This document shows, piece by piece, positions 36,282-46,339 of a DNA stretch of 64,000 nucleotides. The stretch spans positions 248,025 to 312,024 of the forward strand of contig CAYORN010000002.1 of assembly GCA_964406405.1 (NCBI GenBank). Reading direction: 5' to 3'. The notes below the pieces were generated by a model that did no database searches, was not told the origin of the DNA, and was given only the letters and a program-made list of their open reading frames with translations. A program made the position numbers and the translations under genes. Within the stretch, counting starts at the first letter, position 1; every line of letters begins with the position of its first letter. This DNA comes from an uncultured Alphaproteobacteria bacterium (lineage in GTDB: Bacteria; Electryoneota; RPQS01).

Positions 36282-39179
36282 ATGATGAGAACGCGAATCG
36301 TTTTGTTTGTCCTTACGCTTTTCGTAAGCACCACCTTTGCGGCCATTCCGCAGCAAATCAATTACCAAGGCTCGTTAGCCAACACGTCCGGTGGCACGCT
36401 GGACACGACGGTGGCGATGACGTTCAAAATTGGGCCAACTCCTGCGGGAGGCTCGCCGGATTGGACGGAGACGCATCCGGCGGTGGTTGTGACTGATGGA
36501 CTATTTCAAGTGTCACTCGGATCGGTGACGACTTTGAATGATTTGTTCCAATCGAATCGTTGGTTGGGAATCACAGTTGGCAACAATACCGAGATGATTC
36601 CGCGAGAGCAGGTTGTCTCAGTTGCTCATGCCTATCGTGTGGGCACGGTGGATGGCGCGAGCGGAGGTTACATCACGAGCACAACAACAGTCAGTGGCGA
36701 CTTGAGTGTCGGTGACAGCAACACTGGAATTGGCATCTATGGGTTGTTGGTTGGTTCAGATCACACCATCAGCGGAAATCGCTCCTCGATCACCGGTGGA
36801 GCCGACAACCACATCAGTTCTCAATACAGTCATATCGGCGCGGGATCGGATAATCACGCGAACGGCGACTTTTCCGTGATTGGCGGCGGCGGCTCGAACA
36901 CTACTAATCAATTTGCCTTCGTTGGTGGAGGAGCGAACAATTTCGCGCTTGGCATTTATGGCGTGATCGGAGGTGGATATTCGAACTACACCATAGACGA
37001 CAGTGCCGCGACGGTCGCGGGTGGATATTCCAATAACGCAAACGCCAAATTTGCGGCTATCGGTGGAGGACGCAATAATACGGCCAGTGGTGTAGGATCT
37101 GTCGTGAGTGGTGGTGCTCAGGACTCAGCTTCTGGTGTGTACTCTGCAGTCAGCGGCGGTTACATTAACACAGCCTCGGGTTATACTGCCACGATCGGTG
37201 GCGGCTACAATAATGCGGCCAGTGGTGAAGTATCTGTCGTGAGTGGTGGTTCTCAGGACTCAGCTTCTGGTGCGTACTCTGCAGTCGGCGGTGGCAACAA
37301 TAATACAGCCTCGAGCTTTTTTACCACAGTCGGCGGCGGCAACAGTAACAGAGCCAGCGGTGAACTAGCCACGATCGGTGGCGGCAACAGTAACACAGCC
37401 TCGGGTTATACTGCCGCAGTCGGCGGCGGCACAAGCAACATAGCCTCGGACACCAATGCCACGATCGGCGGAGGACGCAATAATACGGCCAGTGGTGTAG
37501 GATCTGTCGTGAGTGGTGGTGTTCAGGACTCAGCTTCTGGTCAGTACTCTGCAGTCGGCGGCGGGTGGGAGAATACGGCCTCGGGCACCAATGCCACTGT
37601 CGGTGGCGGCAACAGTAACACGTGCTCGGGCAATGCTGCCACAATCAGCGGTGGTGCGCAAAATATTGCAGACGGCATTCAAACGACGGTCGCTGGCGGG
37701 AGGCGTAACGTTGCCTCGGACATTTATTCCGCAATCGGCGGTGGTTCCGCTAACATGTCCTTGGGCAGCTATACCACAGTCGGCGGCGGCAACAGTAACA
37801 CAGCCTTGGGTTATGCTGCCACAGTCGGCGGCGGAGTCAGCGACACCGCCAGTGGAAACTACTCAGCCGTCGCGGGAGGATACAGCAACACCGCCAGTGG
37901 AAACTACTCAGCCGTCGCGGGAGGATACAGCAACACCGCCACAGGAAACTCCTCAGCCGTCGCGGGCGGATTCAGCAACACCGCCAGTAATTATTACTCA
38001 GCCGTCGCGGGAGGATACAGCAACACCGCCACAGGAAACTCCTCAGCCGTCGCAGGCGGATACAACAACCACGCCACAGGAGGCGCCTCAGCCGTCGCAG
38101 GCGGAGAAACGAACACCGCCAGTGCAGACTACTCAAACGTCGCAGGCGGAAACAACAACACCGCCACAGGAGGCGCTGCTACGATTGGCGGCGGCACAAG
38201 CAACACAGCCAGTGGTCAAGGATCTGTCGTGAGTGGTGGTGCACAAGACTCAGCTTCTGGTCAGTACTCTGCAGTCGGCGGCGGGTGGGACAATACTGCC
38301 TCGGGCATTTATTCCACAGTCGGCGGCGGTTCCTATAACACGTGTTTGGGCAATTCTGCTGCAGTCGGCGGCGGAGGCAATAACATTGCCTCTGGCTTTT
38401 TTACCTCAGTCGGCGGCGGCTACACTAACACAGCTTCTGGTGTGTACTCTACAGTCGGCGGCGGTGGCGTTAACATAGCCTCGGGCGGAAATGCCACAGT
38501 CGGCGGCGGGTTGTACAATAAGGCGCACGGAGACTATTCGTTTGTCGGCGGCGGTGGTGGTTCATCACAAATTGATTCCAATTCGGCACAGGGTGAAGCC
38601 TCCGTTATTCCGGGTGGGCGGAGTAATGTTGCTCTCGGGCGATTCTCGTTTGCCTCTGGCTATCGCGCCAAAGCGTTGCATAATGGCGCCTTTGTGTGGG
38701 CCGACTCCATTTTTGCGGATTTCAGTTCAAGTGCGTCGAATCAATTTAGCGTTCGTGCCTCGGGCGGAACAAGAATTTACACCAATTCAACTGCGACCTT
38801 AGGCGCACAACTTCTCGCCAATGCAACTGCGTGGACAGTGTTGTCAGACAGCACCAGAAAGACGGATATTGAGCGCGTGAATACCAAGGTCGTGTTGGAC
38901 AAAGTCATGCAATTGCCCATCAGCGAATGGCGCTACAAAGAACAACCGGATGCAACAATTCGCCATATCGGCCCAATGGCACAGGATTTCTGGGCGCAGT
39001 TTCATCTTGGAGAAGACAGCTTAGGTATCTCGACGATTGATCCGGACGGCATTGCATTAGCCGCGATTCAGGAACTGGCGAGGCGACTCGAAGCCGTGGA
39101 AGCGGAGAACACTGCTCTGCGCGCTCGGGTGCAGACGCTCGAAGCTGCTGAACAAAAGACCATGAAGGAGGGGAAGTAA
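36282..39179 (+). CDS. Secreted Gly-rich repeat protein, 965 aa paralog of 34341..36251 with the same S74-like C-terminal domain
   Basis: N-terminal AIPQQINYQGSLA. Repeats. C-terminus LSDSTRKTDIERVN..VVLDKVMQLPISEWRYK....RHIGPMAQDF...AAIQELARRLEAVEAEN. Confidence 0.6.
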   Translation: MMRTRIVLFVLTLFVSTTFAAIPQQINYQGSLANTSGGTLDTTVAMTFKIGPTPAGGSPDWTETHPAVVVTDGLFQVSLGSVTTLNDLFQSNRWLGITVGNNTEMIPREQVVSVAHAYRVGTVDGASGGYITSTTTVSGDLSVGDSNTGIGIYGLLVGSDHTISGNRSSITGGADNHISSQYSHIGAGSDNHANGDFSVIGGGGSNTTNQFAFVGGGANNFALGIYGVIGGGYSNYTIDDSAATVAGGYSNNANAKFAAIGGGRNNTASGVGSVVSGGAQDSASGVYSAVSGGYINTASGYTATIGGGYNNAASGEVSVVSGGSQDSASGAYSAVGGGNNNTASSFFTTVGGGNSNRASGELATIGGGNSNTASGYTAAVGGGTSNIASDTNATIGGGRNNTASGVGSVVSGGVQDSASGQYSAVGGGWENTASGTNATVGGGNSNTCSGNAATISGGAQNIADGIQTTVAGGRRNVASDIYSAIGGGSANMSLGSYTTVGGGNSNTALGYAATVGGGVSDTASGNYSAVAGGYSNTASGNYSAVAGGYSNTATGNSSAVAGGFSNTASNYYSAVAGGYSNTATGNSSAVAGGYNNHATGGASAVAGGETNTASADYSNVAGGNNNTATGGAATIGGGTSNTASGQGSVVSGGAQDSASGQYSAVGGGWDNTASGIYSTVGGGSYNTCLGNSAAVGGGGNNIASGFFTSVGGGYTNTASGVYSTVGGGGVNIASGGNATVGGGLYNKAHGDYSFVGGGGGSSQIDSNSAQGEASVIPGGRSNVALGRFSFASGYRAKALHNGAFVWADSIFADFSSSASNQFSVRASGGTRIYTNSTATLGAQLLANATAWTVLSDSTRKTDIERVNTKVVLDKVMQLPISEWRYKEQPDATIRHIGPMAQDFWAQFHLGEDSLGISTIDPDGIALAAIQELARRLEAVEAENTALRARVQTLEAAEQKTMKEGK

Positions 39180-39180
39180 G

Positions 39181-39735
39181 ATGAAACGTGTTCTGTTCAT
39201 CCTCATCTGCGCACTATTGTGCGGTTCCGCACTCTTTGCTCAGCCGCAGCAAAGCGAGAATTTTCGCATCACGAAGTCCGTGCTGCACGCGGGCGGCGGA
39301 GCGAGCACGTCGGCGAACTTTCGATTGGTGAGTGCCTTCGGCCAGCCGACGCCGATCGGCGTCTCCTCCAGCGCGAACTTTGTGCTCTCGGCGGGTTTTC
39401 TTACGCCCTCGTTTGCCGCGTCTCCTCTGAGCCCAATCCAGAATCTCGTGATCATCCGCCAGCCGGCCTCCAACAACATGAAGCTCGACTGGGGCACGAT
39501 TGCGGGCGCGACCTTGTACACGATCTACCGTGATGTAACGCCGACCTTCACGCCCGGTCCGGGTAATCTGCTCGGCACGAGCGCGACGAACACGTTCACG
39601 GACGTGGGCGCCGTGAATCTACCCGCAACGAAGTACTTCTACAATGTCACCTCATCCGCCGGAAACGGACCCGCAGTCGCTTCGACACCGCCCGGTAAAC
39701 TTCAAAAGCGAAGTGACGCCCAATCGAAGAACTGA
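39181..39735 (+). CDS. Small secreted protein (FN3-like beta sandwich)
   Basis: Signal peptide MKRVLFILICALLCGSALFAQ. The start overlaps the stop of the preceding gene. Confidence 0.4.
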   Translation: MKRVLFILICALLCGSALFAQPQQSENFRITKSVLHAGGGASTSANFRLVSAFGQPTPIGVSSSANFVLSAGFLTPSFAASPLSPIQNLVIIRQPASNNMKLDWGTIAGATLYTIYRDVTPTFTPGPGNLLGTSATNTFTDVGAVNLPATKYFYNVTSSAGNGPAVASTPPGKLQKRSDAQSKN

Positions 39736-39757
39736 ACCGCTGTCATTCCAAGCACAG

Positions 39758-39786
39758 CAAACCCCCGGTCCTGCGACCGGGGGTTT
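39758..39786 (+). terminator. Hairpin AAACCCCCGGTC-CTGCG-GACCGGGGGTTT
   Basis: Same stem sequence as the terminator at 42150-42175. Confidence 0.55.
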
Positions 39787-39935
39787 GAGCGTTGTGGAGG
39801 CGAAAAGACGTTTTCCTGTCGCGTCTGCAACCGGACGAATGAATCATCAATTCACCTTCCCACCATATGGGCGGATTGGCTTGACTCGCTGAACTTGCAC
39901 CCACTTTCTTTCCTCAGAAGCTTGGCGTTTCCCTC

Positions 39936-39964
39936 TTGACAATCGGAGAAAATGGGTGCATATT
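39936..39964 (+). promoter_or_regulatory. Sigma70-like promoter TTGACA-17-CATATT
   Basis: Read directly, upstream of 40039. Confidence 0.4.
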
Positions 39965-40038
39965 GATCTATTCGCTTCCGCTGGAGGTGTAACAAAATTG
40001 GGTGTCTGGTTCAGTCATCCACTATATGGCGGTCTATC

Positions 40039-40515
40039 ATGCGACTCTCGTTCTTGTTCCTGCTGCTGTGTTTGTCTGTACTGGTGTGGGCACAGAGCGA
40101 CAATCCCGGTCCGATCATTTACGTCACGGGTACAGATGTCGGTTGCTCATCCACAGAGGACTGCGATTTTGCGACAGGATGCACGTCTTACACTTTCAAA
40201 GTGACCGTTACACAGACCTATGACCTCGGAGCCTGGACGGAATGCACCGGCAGCAACTGTTGGCACTGTGCCGCATGCGTGAAGATCTATGACGCCATGC
40301 CGCCTGCTCCACTCATCGCTCAATGCAACACCATGCAGCAGTGTGCTAACTTCAATTGCAGCCAGCACTGCACGGCGAATTTGAGTTCTGGGCGGCTTTA
40401 TCGCATGGATGTATGTCTGATCTCCTGCCACAGCCCCAATTGTCTGGCCTGCGGAGAGGAACAAGCTGGATGCACGGCTCACGGCTGCATAAGTAACAGC
40501 CAACCCTGCCCGTGA
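40039..40515 (+). CDS. Small secreted cysteine-rich protein (about 24 Cys in 138 mature residues)
   Basis: Signal peptide MRLSFLFLLLCLSVLVWAQ. Many CxxC and CxC pairs. Confidence 0.45.
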   Translation: MRLSFLFLLLCLSVLVWAQSDNPGPIIYVTGTDVGCSSTEDCDFATGCTSYTFKVTVTQTYDLGAWTECTGSNCWHCAACVKIYDAMPPAPLIAQCNTMQQCANFNCSQHCTANLSSGRLYRMDVCLISCHSPNCLACGEEQAGCTAHGCISNSQPCP

Positions 40516-42119
40516 CCGTGAAGTGGCCGTCTCTCAGTTGTGCCGCATTGTCACTCCTGCTCTGGCAGATTCCTGCTGCAGCGCGTGTGGTTCATGTCCC
40601 GGGCGACGTGTTGACCATCCAGGCCGGTCTGGATGACCTTACCGATGGCGACACCGTTCAAGTTGCACGCGGGCGCTATGCGGAGTTGTTAATCGGGCCG
40701 CCGCTGTCCTTCGTGATGATCGGGGAATTCGAGCCGGATTCTGGTGAAGCGGCGCGACCCTTCGTCTATGCTACAGGCTTGCCGGGCGCGGACACAACGG
40801 GAGTTTTTCATTTGGCTCGCTTCAGCCGCGTCGTCATCGAGAACATGAAATTTCAAAACGGCCCCTTGCCGGATTCGTCCCTCTGGTATCGCCGTGGCAT
40901 CCGCAGTTGGGCCGATCGTGTGACCTTGCGAAACTGCATCGTGGATTCCACCTGCACCGGGTTTCGACAGGAGCAGGACAGTATTGGTGCGGTGATCACC
41001 CTGGACGACTGTCAGTTTCGCGGGAACCTCAGTCGCTGTGTCTTTTCCCGCACCAACAATGTGATTCACGCTCGTAACTGCTTATTCACATCGCTTGGCA
41101 CTTGGGGTACCACTCTGGCTACGTGCCTTGATTCATCCACCTACGTGAACTGTACCTTTCGCGGTCTCCAGATAAGAGCGGCCTTGAGTGTTTTTGGCCA
41201 AGGGTTTGTGGTCGATAATTGCGTCTTCGGACCCTGTCAAACCACAGCCTTTCAACCGGTGATTGAAACCAGTGAGATCGGGGGTCGCTTTGTCAACAAT
41301 CAGTTCCAGGATTGTGTGTATGGTTCGTGTGTGCTTTATCTTCGCCCCGATCCGCAAGCGCCGGTAGAAGTGCGTGGGAATATCTTTGAACGCTGCCGCG
41401 GAATGGGACCCCAAGCCTTCGGTGTCATAAACGTGCTTGCCGAAACGGATGCCGACACCGGAAGCTATGCGCTCATTGCGGATAATGTCTTCACCGGCAA
41501 TAGCGGCACCGTAGGCTCAAACGATCTTTTCCTGTACTATTCGAAAGCCTTGATCTACAACAACCGGTTCGAACGAGATACCGCTAATGGCTTGCCCGCC
41601 GTGCGTATGGACACGGCGTGGACATGGTGGCTGGGGGATTCAGTGCTTTTGCGCGACAATCTTTTTTCAGACTGCGGCTATGCGGCCTTTGGGTGCACTT
41701 TCATGGACGCCCGCCACAACTGGTGGGGAGATGCCACCGGCCCATACCATGAAAGCCTGAATTCTCACGCCACGGGAGATACAATTGTGGGAAGTTTACA
41801 GTTCATCCCCTGGTATGTGGACACGAGTTTCGCCGCGGTGCGCGAGCGGAGATCGTTGTTGCCGAACGACCTGCAGTTGTCCGTTTTCCCGAATCCGTTC
41901 AACAGCATCGTCTCTATCGAACTTGCCTTTTCGCCGAAAACAGGTCCCGTGGAACTGGCCATTTATGATCTGCTGGGGCGCGCGGTGATGCGTAAATCCT
42001 TTTCTGCTTCGCCAGTACATTTTGAATGGGACGCGGCGGCGTTCGGCTCCGGGACATACTATGTGGAAGCACGTACCGATGCGTTCCATCATGTCCGCAG
42101 GATGGCTTTGCTGAAATAA
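40512..42119 (+). CDS. Secreted right-handed beta-helix protein with a T9SS C-terminal sorting domain
   Basis: C-terminus LSVFPNPFNSIVSIELAF...GTYYVEAR...MALLK. Parallel-beta-helix repeats (NCIVDSTCTG, NCLFTSLG, NCTFRG, NCVFG). Confidence 0.6.
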   Translation: MTVKWPSLSCAALSLLLWQIPAAARVVHVPGDVLTIQAGLDDLTDGDTVQVARGRYAELLIGPPLSFVMIGEFEPDSGEAARPFVYATGLPGADTTGVFHLARFSRVVIENMKFQNGPLPDSSLWYRRGIRSWADRVTLRNCIVDSTCTGFRQEQDSIGAVITLDDCQFRGNLSRCVFSRTNNVIHARNCLFTSLGTWGTTLATCLDSSTYVNCTFRGLQIRAALSVFGQGFVVDNCVFGPCQTTAFQPVIETSEIGGRFVNNQFQDCVYGSCVLYLRPDPQAPVEVRGNIFERCRGMGPQAFGVINVLAETDADTGSYALIADNVFTGNSGTVGSNDLFLYYSKALIYNNRFERDTANGLPAVRMDTAWTWWLGDSVLLRDNLFSDCGYAAFGCTFMDARHNWWGDATGPYHESLNSHATGDTIVGSLQFIPWYVDTSFAAVRERRSLLPNDLQLSVFPNPFNSIVSIELAFSPKTGPVELAIYDLLGRAVMRKSFSASPVHFEWDAAAFGSGTYYVEARTDAFHHVRRMALLK

Positions 42120-42146
42120 TGCACGCTGCTATTTGTTTCCAACAAC

Positions 42147-42185
42147 AAGAACCCCCGGTCGCTGGACCGGGGGTTTGTTCTTTCC
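42147..42185 (+). terminator. Rho-independent terminator AACCCCCGGTC-GCTG-GACCGGGGGTT-TGTTCTTTCC
   Basis: Read directly. Confidence 0.65.
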
Positions 42186-42212
42186 AGAGAGATCCTTCCG
42201 CCGCCCCCTTCT

Positions 42213-42238
42213 TTTTCCCCCGTAAACGGGGGAAAAAG
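42213..42238. repeat. Perfect hairpin TTTTTCCCCC-GTAAAC-GGGGGAAAAA (intergenic member of the C-run/GTAAAC element family)
   Basis: Lies between convergent genes. Confidence 0.6.
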
Positions 42239-42267
42239 ATGGCGTCAGGATGACACGCGGGCGCGTG

Positions 42268-43884
42268 TCACTTCATCAGCACCATCTTCTGCGTGGCGCT
42301 GAAGGCGTTGACGTTCAGGCGATAGTAGTAAATTCCAGATGGTAGATTTGCGCCGTCGAACGCCACCGTGTACGTTCCCACAGCCTGCTCGGAACTCACT
42401 AACTCATTCACCAGACGGCCCGCCACGTCGTAAACCTTCAGGCTGACGAAGCCCGCGTCTTTCAGCGAGTAGCTGAACGACGTCGTCGGGTTGAACGGAT
42501 TCGGATAGTTCGCCGAGAGCGCATATTCCGTGATCAGAGTGCTGTGTGGCGTGACGCTTTCCGTCGCCACCGTCACCCGGCTGCCGCTCACGTCCACCGC
42601 CACCAGCGAATAGCTATAGGCCCGGCCGTTGGTCACGTCGCGGTCAATCCACGAGTAGTCATGCCCGCTCGCGTCTCCTTGGCTCGGCACCTGCGCCACG
42701 ACCTGTCCGTCGCGTTCCACGTCGAACCGCGCGTTGTTCGTTTCGCTCCGCGTGTTCCAATTCAAGGTTACTTCGCGGTCTCCGGCCACAGCCTCGAAAT
42801 CGCCGAACTCCACCGGCAGAATCTGATCAATCGTCATGCAGAAGCAGCCCCAATGAGCATGCCAATTACGCGGCACGCACGTAACCACCAGCCAATAGCC
42901 CAGCTCGTTGCGATACACGTCCCATTCCGGCGAACCCGTGCCCGGCGTGCACTCGGTCGGCCCGCAGGCGTCCGTGTTGCAGCCTGGCGTGAATTCGATC
43001 GCATGAATGATCGGCGGATTAAACGACGTGTTCAACGGAATCATCAGAAACTCGTCGCACGGGCAGATCGTCACGCACCACGACCCGGGACCGGTAATCT
43101 CTGCCGGTCCGGTCGGCGTGCAGCAATCCCAGTTGTCCCACGTCTCCACAGGCAGAATATTCACCGGCTGCGAGTCGTCAATGGTAAACGTGCGATTGCC
43201 GATCGCATTCTCCCACTGGCAACCGTCCGTGCCTGCGCGGTTGAATTTGAATTGAATGCTTGGGTTCGAACCGGCCGGGAAGGTCCACGAGCCTTCGTAG
43301 ATCTCGTCGCCATCCGGATCGGAGAGTACTGTGGTGCACTGGCTCCACCCTTGGAAATCCCCCGCGACGAACACCCCCGCCGAGAACAGATCAAACTCCA
43401 GGCAGGCCATGTCCACGCGGAAGACAACCGTCACCGCCTGCTCCGTGGCCGGCGTGATGTTCACCGCGTAAGGCGGATTGCACTCGCACTGCGTGCAGAT
43501 CGGCCCGGCATAGGGAGTGTTATCGCTGAGATCCAGCACGTCGTAGTAGTACTGCATGGGATCGCCGGCCTCTGTCGCCGCGGACGGAATGGTCGCCACC
43601 CATTCATCGTTACTGCCAATGTCCGTGTTGAACGTGGCCACTGCCTGATGCCAACTGCCTTCCGATGCGCGCTTGTAGTTCAATGTCGCCAGCACGTCGG
43701 CGCACGGGCCGGGCATGTCGGTACAGCCGCCTTTCCACACCTGCACATACACGCCGATGTTCTGGTTGTCCGCATAGCTCACGTACTGACAGGGCCAGAT
43801 ATTCCCTGCCCAGCCGATAGAGGCATATGCCACCCCGGTACACACCACGAGGAACAACGCCACAAATGTCACAAATTTCCGCAT
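42268..43884 (-). CDS. Secreted T9SS C-terminal-sorting-domain cargo protein
   Basis: Signal peptide MRKFVTFVALFLVVCTGVAYA. C-terminus YPNPFNPTTSFSYSL...GIYYYRLN...MVLMK. Confidence 0.65.
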   Translation of the reverse strand: MRKFVTFVALFLVVCTGVAYASIGWAGNIWPCQYVSYADNQNIGVYVQVWKGGCTDMPGPCADVLATLNYKRASEGSWHQAVATFNTDIGSNDEWVATIPSAATEAGDPMQYYYDVLDLSDNTPYAGPICTQCECNPPYAVNITPATEQAVTVVFRVDMACLEFDLFSAGVFVAGDFQGWSQCTTVLSDPDGDEIYEGSWTFPAGSNPSIQFKFNRAGTDGCQWENAIGNRTFTIDDSQPVNILPVETWDNWDCCTPTGPAEITGPGSWCVTICPCDEFLMIPLNTSFNPPIIHAIEFTPGCNTDACGPTECTPGTGSPEWDVYRNELGYWLVVTCVPRNWHAHWGCFCMTIDQILPVEFGDFEAVAGDREVTLNWNTRSETNNARFDVERDGQVVAQVPSQGDASGHDYSWIDRDVTNGRAYSYSLVAVDVSGSRVTVATESVTPHSTLITEYALSANYPNPFNPTTSFSYSLKDAGFVSLKVYDVAGRLVNELVSSEQAVGTYTVAFDGANLPSGIYYYRLNVNAFSATQKMVLMK

Positions 43885-44256
43885 CGCTCACCCCTTTCTA
43901 AACAATTCGAATACAATAGCTTCAAGGTGTCACACATCCTGCGCGAAACCGGGAACTCAAATGAGCATCCGGTACAATAAGTATAGTCAGAGCCTATCGC
44001 GATGTCAAGTACTCCGCGAATATTCCTCAAGAATACTTCTGTTGCTGACCCACTTCAATTCTGACTTTCAGTTTTCGGGGAAAATTTCTTCTCCGTACCG
44101 CGTTATCCTAATGCGTGTTCTTGATCCAGGTGTGTTCTAACAATCTGTCGTTTCTGCTCTAATAAGCAGACGATTGGCACCACTGGATATCCGAGTCTTA
44201 TTTGGAGTTGGTATCGTAAAGGACAGCCGCACGTGCTGCGTATCGAGATCATGAAA

Positions 44257-44285
44257 AACCCTCGGTCAGCTGACCGAGGGTTTTG
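44257..44285. terminator. Palindromic terminator AAACCCTCGGTC-AGCT-GACCGAGGGTTTT
   Basis: Read directly. Confidence 0.55.
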
Positions 44286-44310
44286 TTGACTGCAACCGCC
44301 GCTGATTTCG

Positions 44311-44661
44311 TCAGTCTGCCACTCGCCACACCATCCAGTGCTGCGAACCGGGCACGACGTATGGCGCGATCGCGTCGGAATACTTCTGGAATTTCCCGGT
44401 TCCCACCAGCTTCATCATCGCGTCCCAGTCAACCAAACTTGCGACCATATACTCGTTGACAATGTGCGAGGGCGACGCGCCGATGTGTCCGACCAGCGTG
44501 CGCCGGCTCTGCGGCTTCAGCACGCCGGACGTTTCCATCTCGGCATCCCATTTCTTCAGAATCTCCAGCACTTCCTTCTGCTTTCCGAAGGGAATGTCAA
44601 AGTGCCACTGACATGCAAACATGAGAACCTCCTGTTGTTCAGACTGATGAATCACCGGCAC
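44311..44661 (-). CDS. Hypothetical small protein
   Basis: 116-aa ORF. No motif recognised. Confidence 0.3.
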   Translation of the reverse strand: MPVIHQSEQQEVLMFACQWHFDIPFGKQKEVLEILKKWDAEMETSGVLKPQSRRTLVGHIGASPSHIVNEYMVASLVDWDAMMKLVGTGKFQKYSDAIAPYVVPGSQHWMVWRVAD

Positions 44662-44859
44662 TTGGCGCCGGCGCGCTTGATAAACTCGTCAATCGTGCCA
44701 AACCGCTCGACGGCGTCTTCCAGCGCCGCGTAGCTCTGCATCCGCCCGCTCGGGAAGTGTGCCGTCATCCACAAAGACCAGATGATTGCCTTCCAAGTGC
44801 ACGCCGCCTCTGCGTCGCGCTCGCCGCCGATGTGATCGCCATGCAATCCTACTAACACT

Positions 44860-46236
44860 TCAAACGGGCTTGATGTTCTGATTCACGCGGAACAGGTTCT
44901 TGGGATCATACTTCTTCTTGATTTGCGCCAGGCGGGCGTAGTTGTCTTTGTAGGTGGCTTTGATCCGCTCCTCGCCCTCTTCCATCATGAAATTGACGTA
45001 CGCTCCGCCCGCCGAGTGGGGATGGAGCGCATCAAAGTAGCCCTTCGACCAGGCCGTGATCTTTTCTTTGTTTGCAGGATCGGGATCAATTCCGGCCACA
45101 ATCTGCGCCCACTTGGCCTGGCGATATGCCCACGGCGTGTCGCTATTCCCGGGACGGCTCGCCGCACCATCAATCGGATAAAGGTGCATCGTCGAAAGCG
45201 CGGTCGGCATGGCCGATCCCCATTTCACGTGCTCCGCGACCGCGGCGTCGCTCAATTCATTCATGAAATCGGCGCGCCAATACCACAGCAATCCGGGAGG
45301 AAGCAGCGCGTCAAACATGCTCTGCACCGCCGGATACGGCAGCGGCCCGGCGAAATCGAGCGCCGGATTTTTGAAAGCGCGAATTGGCTTGAACGCGTCT
45401 TCGGCCTTGTCCATCGGTCCCGAGTAGCACCACACGATGCCGCACATCTTCTTGTTGTGCAGATGCTCGGGGAAGTGCGGGTTAGGCGGCACCGATAGAA
45501 AGGCAAAGAAGCCGGTGAGTTCGTTCGGTGCCTTCGTGATGAAATCGCGGTACCACTTCAGCACGTCGGAGGCCTGATCGAGTTCATAGAGCATCGGGCC
45601 GCCATAAACCATCGTCACCGGGTGCGCTTTGTACAGGAACGACGTCACCACGCCGAAGTTGCCGCCGCCGCCGCGCAGTGCCCAGTACAAATCCGGGTTC
45701 TGGTCGGCGCTCGCCGTGACCAAGCTGCCATCGGCCAGCACGACGTCCGCCGCAAGCAGATTATCAATCGTGAGCCCAAAATTCCGCGTGAGATGACCGA
45801 GGCCGCCGCCCAGCGTAAGCCCGCCAATGCCGGTGGTCGAGATGATTCCCGCCGGAACAGCCAGACCGAACGGATGTGCGGCGTGATCCACATCGCCCCA
45901 CGTCGTTCCGCCGCCCGCGCGCACCGTCCGCGCCACCGGATCCACATGCACCCATTTCATCGGCGCCAGATCAATGACCAATCCGTCATCGCAAATGCCC
46001 AACCCTCCGGCATTGTGCCCGCCGCAGCGAATGGACACTAAGACGTTGTTGTCGCGCGCAAAATTGACGGCCGTGATCACATCCGCTACATCGGCACAGC
46101 GCGCGAACATGCGTGGCCGCTTTTGGATCATGCCGTTGTGAACTTTGCAGGCCTCGTCATAACCTGCATCCTCCGGCTGAATGAGCTGGCCGCGCAGTGC
46201 CGCCTTGAAGCCTTCGACTTTCGCTTTGTCGAGCAT
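44860..46236 (-). CDS. FAD-linked oxidoreductase (PCMH-type FAD-binding domain with a BBE-like C-terminus)
   Basis: N-terminal FAD-binding region: ..VNFARDNNVLVSIRCGGHNAGGLGICDDGLVIDL. Confidence 0.75.
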   Translation of the reverse strand: MLDKAKVEGFKAALRGQLIQPEDAGYDEACKVHNGMIQKRPRMFARCADVADVITAVNFARDNNVLVSIRCGGHNAGGLGICDDGLVIDLAPMKWVHVDPVARTVRAGGGTTWGDVDHAAHPFGLAVPAGIISTTGIGGLTLGGGLGHLTRNFGLTIDNLLAADVVLADGSLVTASADQNPDLYWALRGGGGNFGVVTSFLYKAHPVTMVYGGPMLYELDQASDVLKWYRDFITKAPNELTGFFAFLSVPPNPHFPEHLHNKKMCGIVWCYSGPMDKAEDAFKPIRAFKNPALDFAGPLPYPAVQSMFDALLPPGLLWYWRADFMNELSDAAVAEHVKWGSAMPTALSTMHLYPIDGAASRPGNSDTPWAYRQAKWAQIVAGIDPDPANKEKITAWSKGYFDALHPHSAGGAYVNFMMEEGEERIKATYKDNYARLAQIKKKYDPKNLFRVNQNIKPV

Positions 46237-46339
46237 GGCAACTTCTCCTGACAGGGTTGAAACGAGTGTAAACTACTTGTAGATCAAAAAAGGAATATTT
46301 TTGGGCAAATTTTTTTGCTTCCACCGCGGCCAACTCAAC

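Noticed and set aside
42544-43980. 478-aa plus-strand ORF overlapping the T9SS gene 42268..43884
   Set aside because: Arg/His-rich antisense artefact. The minus-strand product has a signal peptide and a T9SS CTD.
44652-44858. 68-aa ORF abutting the FAD oxidase and overlapping the 44311..44661 start by 10 nt
   Set aside because: Different frame, no motif. Probably spurious, or a fragment; a frameshift fusion could not be supported.
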